The notes below the pieces were generated by a model. That model was not told where the DNA came from, ran no database searches, and saw only the letters and a program-made list of their open reading frames with translations. Source: Mobula hypostoma (taxonomy: Eukaryota). From it: a stretch of 64,000 nt of DNA. The DNA lies in assembly GCF_963921235.1 (NCBI RefSeq), contig NC_086109.1, positions 32,490,001 through 32,554,000 of the forward strand, read 5' to 3'. This document shows positions 14,092 to 25,990 of the stretch, piece by piece; the first letter of the stretch is position 1, and each line of letters starts with the position of its first letter. The translations under genes and the position numbers were made by a program.

Positions 14092-14298
14092 AAGAAGAAA
14101 GTCCTTAACTCCGAGTGGAGTCATTGGGATGCTGTCATGATGGTGTTTTTTTAGCAGGCTTTTTTATTTTTATGAGGCCGAGTTGCTGGCTCAACGCTCA
14201 ACCCAGCACGGATGGAAGGCGTGCAAGGGAGCCGGCTGGATTCGAACTCAGGAGCCTTCACTACGAAGTCCAGCACTGATGCCACTACGCCACCAGCC
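14092..14298 (-). mobile_element. tRNA-derived SINE with (TTC)n tail
   Basis: Minus strand GGCTGGTGGCGTAGTGG (A box) ... GAGTTCGAATCC (B box); flanked by ATGTG direct repeats inside a LINE 3' end. Confidence 0.8.
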
Positions 14299-14419
14299 AT
14301 GTGTGTACTTTAATAATAAATTTACTTTGAACTTTGAACTTATGACTTCTTCATCACATCCTCAAAGAATTTAAGAAAATTTGTCAAACATAATTTTCCT
14401 TTCATAAACTATTAGATTA

Positions 14420-15825
14420 CACTGGACAGCATTTTTTTGAAAGTGTTGCTTCCTCAGAATTTTTGTTTGTTTATGATGGACCACTTGAAGCTGAACATAA
14501 ATATAATTTCAGATTGCCTGTATCACATAGGAAATTGGAGAAACAAGAAATTAACTTTTATTGAATATAATGCATTTAATTGCATAATGGTGCTGATGCT
14601 TTGCAATAGTTCAACTAAACGGGAGGAGAAGATGGCGCGACGCAGCGCACGCAGCTCTTCAGTGAAATGATATTGTATTTGTAAGTAGGATGCCGTGCAC
14701 AATTCTGATTTGACGGAGACAGCCGTGAGAAGCACGGAGAAACATCTAGAGAAATTTCTGAAATGCCCAGTTCGCTGCCGCTGCTACTGTGCGATCGATA
14801 ATCTTTGGAGGGAAGGCCCCAAAATCTTCGGCTTTGCCTGCTGCTGGAGACCGAGGCTGGGGCCGAAGTGTTCGGCAGAGATGGTGCTCAGTACTCGGTG
14901 TCGGAGGGCTGGTCGGAGTTTGAAGTTTTCGGACGACTCAGAATCGGACTGTGGTTGGACATGGCAGGGAGAGTTTTCTTCCTTCTCACGTCTGCATGAG
15001 ATGTGGGACTTCCGAGAGACTTTGAACTTTCTTACTGTGCTCATGGCCTCTTCTTCATCAAGTTATGGAATTATTGCATTGTCGTAACTATATGTTATAA
15101 TTATGTGGTTTTTGTCAGTTTTTCAGTCTTGGTCTGTCCTGTGTTTTTGTGATATCACACCGGAGGAATATTGTATCATTTCTTAATGCATGCATTACTA
15201 AATGACAATAAAAGAGGACTGCATGTCCTCATAATCTAATCTAATCTAAGCTAAAAATGTTTTGTTGATGATTTTCATTTGTACTCAGTGACTGAGGCTT
15301 CTCCTTTAAGTGTCCAACAATAATCAGCCAGTATTGATGGATTCCAGTTGCCCCAATACCATTTCTCCATGACCGCGATGTCCTGGTGAAGCCTTTCACC
15401 ATGCTCATCACTGACAGTGCCAAGATTTGAAGGGAAGAAGTCTAAATGGGTATGCAGGAAATAAATCTTTAGTGACATGTTGCACCTCACGGTTCTGTGT
15501 GCTTGAAGCGTGTTGTCAGCCAGCTACACGTAGTTTGGTGCTCCATAGTTGCCAAGAAAGTTTTCCACAACATCCTTCAATGCCTTCCACGCGATTTTCT
15601 CTGGTCCCATTGGAGTTCTTCAAATTGCCTGTCATTGATGACCTGTTTGATCTGAGGACCAACCAAAATGCTTTCCTTAGTCTTGGCATGTTATTCTGAC
15701 TTGAATTATGAATTGAAGTAACAAATATAGGCAATTTTTTTAAAAAAAAAAGCATGTGATAGGGAAATTTCGTGATTAGCAGCCCAAAATCCATAAATTA
15801 CAGCCAGAAGTATTCATGTCCAGTG
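14420..15825 (-). mobile_element. Chapaev3-type (CMC superfamily) DNA transposon, internally deleted
   Basis: Terminal inverted repeats (TIRs) CACTGGACA (14420-14428) / TGTCCAGTG (15817-15825) with a 3-bp TSD TTA on both sides. Transposase remnants ILVGPQIKQVI, KIAWKALKDVVENFLGN and MSLKIYFLHTHLDFFPSNLGTVSDEHGERLHQDI. Family name from recalled motifs. Confidence 0.8.
14620..15249 (+). mobile_element. ~630-bp non-autonomous retroelement with AAGATGGCG head and (AATCT)n tail, nested in the Chapaev3-type element
   Basis: Second copy in opposite orientation at 19571-20221; AATAAA followed by an (AATCT)n tail; no coding capacity. Confidence 0.8.
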
Positions 15826-16879
15826 TTATTAAGGAGACCTCTTGTACAATAAGATGATCTCTTGACCTCACAGTATATTTTGTCATGACCTTGCACCTTA
15901 TTGTCTGCTTGCTCTGCACTCTCTCTGTAACTGTGATACTTTATTCTCATTCTGGTTTTGATTTTCCCTTGTACCACCACAGTGTACTGATGTAATGAAA
16001 TGATGTGTATGGATGGAATGAAAAATAATGATTTTCACTTTATCCAGGTACAAGAGACAATAATAAATCAATTTAAAATGTTTTTGACTAGGTTTTACAA
16101 CACTCTGCTTTATTAAATTATTACATATTTTCTCTTTGATTAGTAACTTCTTTATGTTAAATGGATGTTAACATTGTTCCCCAACTTCTGTCTTTAAGAC
16201 TTTTTGAACGAAGGAGATTGTGATATATTGGCTGTCTTCCAATCTTCTGGTATCCTGGAATATAGCCTGTTTCAAAATATCTCAGTTAAAGTTTCAGTAT
16301 CCTTGCAGCCACTTCCATTCAGTCACATCAGCAGAAGGTTTGTATTGTATATCACATCTATTTATTTAAAGTAAATAAAATGTTGCAACTTAACATCTGA
16401 GCTCATAGAATGGTAGAATCACAGAATGGATATACTACTAAAGACTATTTGGCCTATAATTTCTTCACAGGCTTTCTAACAGAGTGAACTCTCTGGTTCC
16501 AGCCACTGGTCCTTTCTCTCTAGTCTTGCTAATTTTTCTCCTTCATCTATTTATCCAGTTCCCCCTTGAAGGCCACAGTGAGGCATGTCACCACCACATC
16601 TGCAAGCAATGCCTTCTGGATCCCAGCCACATACTAAATAAAAATAAATCCTCCTCAAATCAATCTTCCTTAACATTTTAAAACTATGACCTCTAGTTTT
16701 CAATTCCTCTCTGTCTAGACACATCGTCATTTTGTACACGTCCATAATTTTCCTCAGTCTTCTCTTCCTCTATGAAAACAGTCCCAATCCCTTTAATGGA
16801 TCCTTGTAGCAGTAATCTTTCACAATAGGAAGCAGTCCTTTAATTAGTGCAGGTCAAAGGGGACAGGCCAAACTTCTTT

Positions 16880-17430
16880 AGCCTCCAGAGAGAGCTTGCT
16901 TGGCTATGGCATCAGGTGGTTTGACCTGGACAAGTTATTGGTAATGTTCATTCTTAGGAATTTAAAGCTTTTAGACCTTTCAATTTTAGCACTGTTGATG
17001 TAGATAAAAGCATGTGCACTCCCTCCTTTCTGAAGTCAACAACCAGCTCTTTTGTTTTGCTGACATTGAGGAAAAGGTTGCTTTCATGATGCCATATCAC
17101 TCGGCTCTTTATGTCCTTCCTGTAATGCAACTCAACATTATTTGAGAAAAGGCCCACTGTTATGATATCATCTGCAAACTTCTAGATGGAGTTAGGATAG
17201 GCTCTGGACATGCAGTCAAGAATGTACAGGGAAAAGAGTAGGGGGCTGAGGATGGAGCCCGGTAGAAGAATTGAGGAGGAGATGTTGCTGTCTATCCTTA
17301 CTGATTGTGGTCAATTAGTCAGGAAGTCAAGGAGCCAGTTGCAAAAGATGGTACTGAGTCCCAGGTTAGGGGTTTGGAGATGAGTTTGCATGGGGTTATA
17401 GTATTGAAGGTGCAGCTGTAGTCAATATAT
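16880..17430 (-). mobile_element. Rex1/Babar RT fragment, degraded
   Basis: NLFLNVSKTKELVVDFRK in ORF 16954-17157. Confidence 0.75.
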
Positions 17431-17489
17431 GCAATTCGCTATGAACAAATCCAGGCTGGTTTCTCCTATTTATTCCATGTTCCTGCAGA

Positions 17490-17690
17490 TGACTATTATC
17501 CCAGATCAATCCCCCTCCCCCTCCAACTTTCAAATCCCTTACTCACTCTTCCTTCAGTTAGTCCTGACGAAGGGTCTCGGCCTGAAACGTCGACTGCACC
17601 TCTTCCTACAGATGCGCTTGGCCTGCTACGTTCACCAGCAACTTTGATGTGTGTTGCTTGAATTTCCAGCATCTACAGAATTCCTGTTGT
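17490..17690 (+). mobile_element. Penelope-like terminal-repeat fragment
   Basis: Same repeat family as 4351-4634 and 22990-23120 (...TGTGTGTTGCTTGAATTTCCAGCATCT). Confidence 0.75.
17559..17596 (+). ncRNA. Minimal type I hammerhead ribozyme motif (best-preserved copy)
   Basis: UAGUC-CUGACGA-A-GGGU(CUCG)GCCU-GAAA-C-GUC-GACUG. Core boxes CUGANGA and GAAA are intact; stem I UAGUC/GACUG; stem II hairpin; palindromic ACGU in place of stem III; predicted cleavage after C17591. Confidence 0.7.
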
Positions 17691-19271
17691 CAATGTTTTA
17701 AAAACTACTTTCCACCACTGTAATTAAACTGGCTTACATTTGCAAACCATATCTTTCCTTCTTTTGTGAATAAGGGAATAAAATTTTCTATCAACATCCT
17801 CATATCCAAAGAGTAATTGTGGTCAAAGCCTGATTATGAACTGTTCTGTCCATAAAGGAGCTCAAAAAGTTTGATATCAAATGGAATGAATTTTCACAAA
17901 TCTAAAATAACTGGTCACTCCAATTCAAACATTCCTTTTAAGATTATTTTTTTAAAAATTGGCCTATTAATACATTGATTTCCAGTAATCTGGTATTCCT
18001 TTGTCAGTGATTCCTGTAATTTGTAAAACCAAATTTAGCTACTAAGTAATATATCATACATTTATTTATAAATTTAGGTGCAAACTACCACTGTTCTAAT
18101 TAGAACTATATTTAAATTAGAGACTGAGATTCTTTGTCATTTCTTTAATTTTAAAACTTAAGCTCTTTCTAATATGTGGAAAACTTATCAGAAATATTAC
18201 TAATCAAAAAGTTATGAAGTACAGGCATTATGGAATCTGACTGAGGTGCAAATCTTGCTCTATTTTCTGCTTTCTGCTTTATCATTCCCTCTCACTACCA
18301 ATCTCTGCTAAAGAAAGTCACTGTCTTCTGTTTTATTACGTTCTAATACAAAACACAAACTTACAACACTAAGAATATATTTTCCTTTTCCTCAGACAAC
18401 ATTCGCTCTTCCATCTGCTTTTAATACTCAACTAATATCCAATTTTCACAAATCATGCATTTTGCATCACATTTTTAAAAATCTACTTATTTGATGTTGA
18501 TATTGCTGGTAACGGATATTTAGTGACTTGGAGGGGAACTTCCAGAGTCTTATGACCCTATGCCCTTTGCTCTTATCTCCAGAGAATGTGTAGGCTTAGG
18601 GCCTGCTCTCCAGTGGGAAAGTGAGAAAAGGAAGGTAGTTGGTAGAGAATCTGTTGAAAAATAAACAGATTGTTATGCTTTGGTGCATCTTGACTTTAGC
18701 AACTTATTGGAGCTTCAGTTACCCAGGTAGTAGAAGAATCATCATTCTCCTGCCTTGTGCCTTGCAGATGATGGAAAGATTTTGAGAAGTCAAAGTATAA
18801 AAAGTTTAAAAGTTCAAAGCTTAAAGTACATTTGTATGAATGTATGCATACTTTATACAACCTTGAGATTTGTCTTCTTACAGGCAGCCACAAAACAAAA
18901 AAAAACAACAGAAACCAATAAAAAAGTCACTTGCTGAAGGATACCTGATCCACTCTTACAGCAAAAATGCTTACATTCCCATCAATTAATTTCCTAGTCA
19001 TTTCTAGGATATCAGTGGTAGGAGATTAAATTGTGATAAGTCTATTGAAAGCCAAGGGGAGATGATTCATTTTGAAGATGGTCACTGCCTCACACTTGTG
19101 TGAATGAATATTTCTTTCAATTTGTCAGCCCATACTTAAATGTTGTCCCAATTTTACTGCCTGAGGATGTGACCGAATTTGAATGTTGTACAATTATCGG
19201 TGTATATTCCAACCTTATGATGAAGAGGGAAGGTCATTGATGGAAGATGAATACTAGGACTGTATCCTAAG

Positions 19272-20432
19272 TGTAGGAGCCATGTGTCTATTTTCTGTCT
19301 GCACTGTATTTTGTGTTACATGTATATTGTGGTAGTCAGTCATGCGGGTGAGGGTGTGGCAGCAGTGAAGCATTTAGCTACATATTCATGCTTTGTCTTT
19401 GAAGTTAATAGAGCTAGGGAGTGAGCCAGGTGTTATCTCTTTCCTTGACCACTTTTAAAATCACTTAACTTTGCTTAAACACACCTAAGTCCATTTATGT
19501 TAGCTTAATTATGCTTAATTAAGTTGAAGAAAGTTTAAGGGTGTTTAATTCACTAAATCTGTTTATTTTGTTAGATTAGATTATGAGGACACTCAGTCCT
19601 CGTTTATTGTCATTTAGAAGTGCATGCATTAAAAAATGATACAATGTTCCTCCAGTATGATATCACAGAAACACAGGTCAGACCAAGACTAAAACTGACA
19701 AAAACCATATAACTATAACATATAGTTACAACAGTGCAAAACAATACCGTAATTTGATAAGAGCAGACCATGGGTACGGTAAAAAAAAGTCTCAAAGTCC
19801 CGATAGCCCCAATATCTCACGCAGACGGTAGAAGGGAGACACTCTCCCTGCCATGAGCATCCAGTGCCGCAAACTTGCCAATGTAGCATCCTGGAAGCAC
19901 CCGACCACAGTCCGACTCTGAGTCCGTCCAAAAACTTCGAGCCTCCGACCAGCTCTCCGACACCGAGTACTGAACACCATCTCTGCTGAGCGCTTCAATG
20001 CCGCCCCGGCAGCCGAGCAACAAACAAAGCCGAGGATTCGGGGCCTTCCCCTCCGGAGATTTCAGATCACACAGTAGCAGCGGCAGCAAAACAGGCATTT
20101 CAGAAATTTCGCCAGATGTTCCTCCATGCTCTCACGTCTGCCTCCATCAAATCAGAATTGTGCACGGCATCCTACTTGACAAATAACAAATATTCATCAC
20201 TGGAGTGGCCGCGGGCGCGCTAGTTATATTGCTAAGTTTAGTTTCTCTAGTCTTTTATCGCTTCGAGATTGTTAGTTTTGCTGGATTCTTAAGTAAAATG
20301 TGAACATATTCTTTGACTTGGAGCCTTGTTATTGGATTGAAATGGAAAGCACATCATACAGGGTCAAACCACCACCCCCCCTGCCCCTGCTTAGTCTCTA
20401 AATGGTGTTGGTTTGCTTGTGTACCTGCAACA
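19272..20432 (+). mobile_element. Solo LTR (TG...CA) with a nested non-autonomous retroelement
   Basis: Starts TGTAGG, ends CAACA; 5-bp TSD CTAAG (19267-19271, 20433-20437); about 510 bp after removing the insert. Orientation is tentative (AGTAAA near 20292). Confidence 0.75.
19571..20221 (-). mobile_element. Second copy of the (AATCT)n-tailed non-autonomous retroelement
   Basis: Reverse complement aligns along its length with 14620-15249 (e.g. AGGATGCCGTGCACAATTCTGATTTGA, CAGTACTCGGTGTCGGAG). Confidence 0.8.
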
Positions 20433-22989
20433 CTAAGGAACTTCTGCGGTTCTAACAATGTGTTCATGGCTCACGTGATCTTGGGAATAAACAATGATCA
20501 TTACATGTACTTGGTGGCCACATTAGTAGCTACTTCCAGCAGTCACACAACATCTGTGAAGAGAGAAACAGAATTAAGATATGTTAGATTGTTCATCATT
20601 GATAAGTTTTTATCAGAATTGAGAAGAAATCAATAGCAAATAAGTTCCAAGTTGCTCTGCTTTATTTATCAATGGAGGACCCTGGAAATATCCCAAAGAT
20701 GGATTGCTTTCAAGCATCATGGAAGACCTTCTAACAAACCCTATCATGAGTGACAAGGTATTGGAAAAATTAATGGGCTGGAAGGCAGAAGAGTCACCAG
20801 GACACTATGGTTGCATTCAAGGGTTTTAAGGTAAGTAGCCTCAGAGAGAGTAAAGACTTTGGCTGCAGATTTTCAAAACTTATTGAGTCTTGGGAGAATA
20901 CTAGCAGATTGAAAGAAAGAGTGCATCTCAATGTCAAACCCTACATCCCTGTCATGAGAGGTGGACACAGGTAAGGTCAGCCAACAGGGCTCTGGTGAAG
21001 CTGTATAGGCCAGTCCCCTGTGCAGCAGATGCAATGGATTGCAAAAGTGTTGATGAACTCCAATCATACCATCGATTTAAGACGATGGAAATGGGAGATC
21101 ATCGATGGCCTATGCTCCACTCGGAGCTAAGGCCCCAAGTAAGTACGTAAAGATAGAGTAGATAGTTAGAGCCTTGTACCCAGGATGGAAATGTCAAGTA
21201 CCCAGAGGACATAGATTTAATTTGGGAGGGAGAAATTTTAAAAGGAAATTTGTGAAACTTGCACAGAGAATGGTAGGCAGCTAGAATGTGGTGCCGGGGA
21301 ACTGGTAGACACAGATACAGCAGCAAGAATTAAGAGGCATTTAAAATATGAATAAGCAGGGGATAGAAGGCTATAGGCCATGTGTAGGCAGATCTAATTA
21401 GTATAGATTGGCATCATGGTAAGTTGCACACATGGCTTGTTCCTATGCTGTTACGGTTCCATATTCTAGGTTTTAATTTGCATTTTCCCAGGGATTATGA
21501 AAAATTGGTAATCTGCCAGTCTAGTGGTAAGTAGCTCACACCCGTGGAATTTCTGGATCCCGTATGTTCAAAGTGGATGCTGTGGAATGTTTTCCTTTGC
21601 AGATGTAAACAGGATGAAATAAAAATCCAAGCTGCTAGCAGTCATTTCTGAAAACATTGAGAACATGTGATGAGTAAGTTAATTAAATCAAGCTATCCCA
21701 CTGACAGAAGTATTATTATATAAGTAAGCAAATGCAAGTTGGACAGGCAGTACTGGAGTTAATGAGTACAAGTATATGCCTGAAAATTCATCCCTGCTTA
21801 GTGTTCCTTTCAAAGGAATGAGTTCAAAAGACAGCATGTACTGCACCGATGTTACGTAATGCACATCCTATATTGTTGACCAAGGATGAATTTCTAAGCA
21901 ATATGTGTCCACATGAGTGAACTTACCACATGCTTGGCAAGTCTTACCAGATGTTCCTCTTAATCTGTGGTTAAAATGATTGAAGCACATACATGAATGA
22001 GACAAATTTCTAGTATGCATTACAGCAGGGACCAGCATTTTTACTGAGCACTAGTTCTTTCAATCTATTTGTTGATTAAAGTGATTTATTTGCAAAATCA
22101 TAATGATCATAATGGGTCTTTTATGTTCTCAGGGTGTCTCAAAATGCTCAGCAGCCAATGAACATTTTCAAACTTAGTCACTGTTGTAATACAGAATGCT
22201 AAATTATACAGTCATCGTTAATAGTTAAGCACTACAGACTCTGTATTGCCAGGATTCTGATGTGGTTAAAAAGATGTTGAAATCTTTGTCATGTAAAGGC
22301 AAATGAATCCTGAAATGGGAAATTGCAAGAAGTTACTTTCCTCACAGCGGATGTTGCGCAAATTATCCATATCAGCACACCAGCGTAATGCAGTTACATG
22401 CATTGGCAGTCCATTAGTTTTTGCAACGGGTAGTATCATTGTCATGTGATTATTGTTCTCTTGGTAAAGCTGAATTCTAAATGTTTGCAGAACATTTTGG
22501 TTGGGGCATGTGGGTGGAGTGAAACGTTCAGGAGCAATTGAAAGATCAGAAATAGATCACAAGACCATAAGATATAGGAAACAAAGTAGTCTATTTGGCC
22601 AATCAAGTCTACTCCACCATTCAACATCTGGTTAAAGAAGTTCCTCCTGTTTTCTGTTCTAAAGGGACATCCCTCTGTTCTGAGGCTATGCCCTCTGGTT
22701 CAAGACTCTTGCACTACTGGAAACATCCTCTCCACGTCCACACTATCCAGGCCTTTCAAGATACAGTAAGCTTCATTGAAATCGCCCCAACCCTATTCTT
22801 CTAAACTCCAGCAAGTATGGGCCCAGAGCTATGAAAAGAGGAACTGTTAAGCAGTGTATCATTCACATTGTGACATCCATGGGTACATAGACAACCAATA
22901 TTTTGAATAGAACTGAATTAAAACTTAATACTCTGGCTCAATTCCCAGACAAAAGACATGCAGCAGCTCATAACGGTGCATAAGATACA

Positions 22990-24115
22990 CACGAGAACGT
23001 CTGAAGATGCTGGAAATCCAAAGCAACACACACAAATTGCTGGAGGAACACAGTCAGGCATCATCGATGAAAAAGAACAGTCAACATTTCAAGCTGAGGC
23101 CCTACATCAGTATTAAAAAAGAAGCTGAAGGATGCCAGAATAAAAAAGGAAAGAGGATAACTAGAAGCTGATAGATGAAGACAGGTAGGTGGGAAAGGTA
23201 ATGGGCTGGAGAAGAAGGAGTTTGCTAGGAGAATAGACCATAGGGAGAAAAGGAAGGTGGGAGGGGGGATTCCAGGGGGAAATGATAGGCAGGTAAGAAG
23301 AGGTAAAAGGTCAGATTGGGGAATCGAAAAAGAGGTGGGGGAGGGGAAATTACCCAAAGGTAAAATTGATATTCATGCTAGCAGATTGGAGGCTACCCAG
23401 ATGTAATGTAAGGTGATGCTCCTCCACCCTGAGGGTGGCCTCATCTTGGAATAAGAATGGGAATCCAAATTAAAATGTTTGGCCACCAGGAAGTTCCGCT
23501 TTTGGAAGATGGAATGGAGGTGCCCGACAAAGCGGTCCCCAAATTTACGATGGGTCTCACCCATGTAGAGGAGACTGCAGGTGAAGTGTTGCCTCATTTG
23601 GAAGGACTGTTTGGGGCCATGAAGGGAGGTGAGGGAGGAGGTGTATAGGCAGGTGTACCACTTGGGCTGCTTGCCTAGGATAGTGCCAGGAGAGAGATTG
23701 ATGGGGATGGACAAGGGAATCACGAAGGGAGCAATCCCTGTGGAAAGCGGCGGGGCGGGGGGGGGTGGAAGGCAGTGGAGGTGAAGATATATTTAGTGAT
23801 AAGATCCCTTTGGAGATGGCGGAAATTGCAGAGGATGATGTGTTGGATGCAGAGTTTGATGGTGTGGTAGGTAACGGACAAGAGGAGCTCCATCACTGTT
23901 AAGGCAGAGGGAAGTTTGAGAAATGGAGGAAATGCAGGTGAGGGCTGCATCAATAATGGAGGAAGGGAAACCCCGTTCTTTGAAGGAGGGAATATCTCTG
24001 ATGTCCTGAAAAGAAAAGCTGCATCCTAGGAACAGATGCGTCAGAGGTGAAAGGACTGGGAAAAGAGAATAACATTTTTACAGGAGATAGGGTGAAAAGG
24101 GATATAGTCAGGATA
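22990..24115 (-). mobile_element. Penelope-like element 3' part: GIY-YIG endonuclease remnant plus terminal repeat
   Basis: GPKQSFQMRQHFTC...LLYMGETHRKFGDRFVGHL resembles the YIGET...R..EH GIY-YIG motif; followed by a pyrimidine-rich tract and a terminal repeat with a degenerate hammerhead (~23078-23113). Confidence 0.82.
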
Positions 24116-24211
24116 GTCTTGCCACTATTGTACTTCTCAGAGATACTTGACAGCAACCTTTTTTACTGGAGGTATAACTATTGGAATAGGTGGAAAATAG
24201 TAGAAATTAAA

Positions 24212-25990
24212 ATCAGAATCAGGTTTAATATCACTGGCATATGTTCATTAACTTTACGGCAGCAGTACAATGAAATACATGATAAATAAATATAGAGAAA
24301 AAAACTGAGTTACATTAAGTATATATACATCTATTAAATAGCTAACCTAAAATAAATAGTGCAAAAAACACAGAAATAAAAAAAATAGTGAGGGAGGGTT
24401 CATGGATTCAATGTCCATTTAGGAATCGGATGGCAGAGGGGAAGAAGCTATTCCTGAATCGCTGAGTGTGTGCCTTCAGGCTTCTGTACCTCCTTCCTGA
24501 CAGTAACAATGAAAAGAGGAAATGTCCTGGGTGGAGGGGGATCCTTAATGATGGACACCACCTTCCTAAGGCACCGCTCCTTGAAGATGTCTTGGGTACT
24601 ATGGAGGCTGGTATCCATGATGGAGCTGACTAATTTTACAAGTTTCTGCAACCCACTTTGACCTTGTGTAGTAGCCCCTCAATACCAAAAGGTGATGAAG
24701 CCAGGCAGGATTCTCTCCATGGTACATTTGTAGAAGATCTAAGTTTTGTAGAAGTGTTTAAGTTAACAAACCAAATCTCCTCAAACTCGTAATGAAATAT
24801 AGCCACTGTCTTGCCTTCTTTATAGCTGCATCCAGAGATACTGACACCCAGGAACTTGAAATTGCTCACTCACTCCACTTCTGATCTCTCTAAGAGGATT
24901 GGTTTGTGTTCTCTTGGCCTACCCTTCCTGAAGTTTCACAATCAGCTCGTTGGTCTTGCTGACGTTGAGTGCAAGGTGGTTGTTGTGACACCACTCAACT
25001 AACTGGTATATCTCACTCTTGTACACCCTTTTGTCACCTTCTGAAATTCTGCCAACAATGGTTATGTCATCAGTAAATTTATAGATAACATTTGAGCTCT
25101 GCCTAACCACACAGTCATGGGTGTTCAGAGAGTAGAGGCATGGGCTAAGCACACTTTCCTGTGGTGCGCCAGTGTTGACTGTCAGCGAGGTGGAGATGTT
25201 ATTTCTGATCCACTCAGATTGTGGACTTCCGGTTAGGAAGTGAAGGATCCAGTTTCAGATGGAGGTACAGGGGCCCAGGTTCTGTAGCATTTTGATCAGG
25301 ACTGTAGGAATGATGGTGTTAAATGCTGAGCTATAGTCAATGAACAGCATCCTGACATAGGTATTTGAATTGTCCAGGTTATCTAAGGCCACGTGGAGAG
25401 CCATTGAGATTGCATCTGCAGTAGACCTTTTGTGGTAATAGGTAAATTGCATTGGGTCTAGGACCTTCCTGAGACAGGTGTTGATTCTAGCCATGACCAA
25501 CCACTCAAAGCACTTCATCACAATTGATATGAGTGCTACTGGACATTAGTCGTCAAGGCAGCTCACGCTGCTATTCTTCAGCACTGGTATAATTGTTGCC
25601 CTTTTGAAGCAGGTGGCTATAGCAGTGAGAGATTCAAAATATCCTTGAATACCTCTGCCAGTTGGTTGGCACAGATTTTCAGAGCCTTACCAGGTACACC
25701 ATGGGGCCCTGCCGCCTTGTGAAGGTTCATCCTCTTGAAAGATAGCCTGTCGTCAGCCTCCAAGACAGAGATCACAGGGTCATCAAGTGCTGCTGAGAAC
25801 TTCATAACTGTGGTTTTATTCTCCCTTTCAAAGTGAGCATAAAAGGCATTGGTAGTGAGTCATTGCTGCCATTCATGATGTTGGGTTTTCCTTGCCTGCA
25901 AACCCTACCCAGAGTTGATGTCACCTCTAACCTCTCTTGGAATTGGTTCTTGGCTCTTGAAATAGCCCTCCACAATTTATACCTGATTTT
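24212..25990 (-). mobile_element. Rex1/Babar LINE, RT region to 3' end, decayed
   Basis: [57 protein letters not shown]; (ATTCTG)n tail. Confidence 0.9.

Noticed and set aside
14225..14298. tRNA genes here and at ~46270-46340 and ~61064-61135
   Set aside because: A/B boxes are present but continue into SINE bodies and tails; no convincing cloverleaf.
21603..21673. Candidate SLC26 exon 3 (CKQDEIK...)
   Set aside because: Half the expected length, and 29400-29536 fits exon 3 better in motif, phase and position.
22120..22200. Possible Deu-domain SINE remnants (also ~26525-26640 and ~55755-55810)
   Set aside because: Too short and diverged to support by eye.
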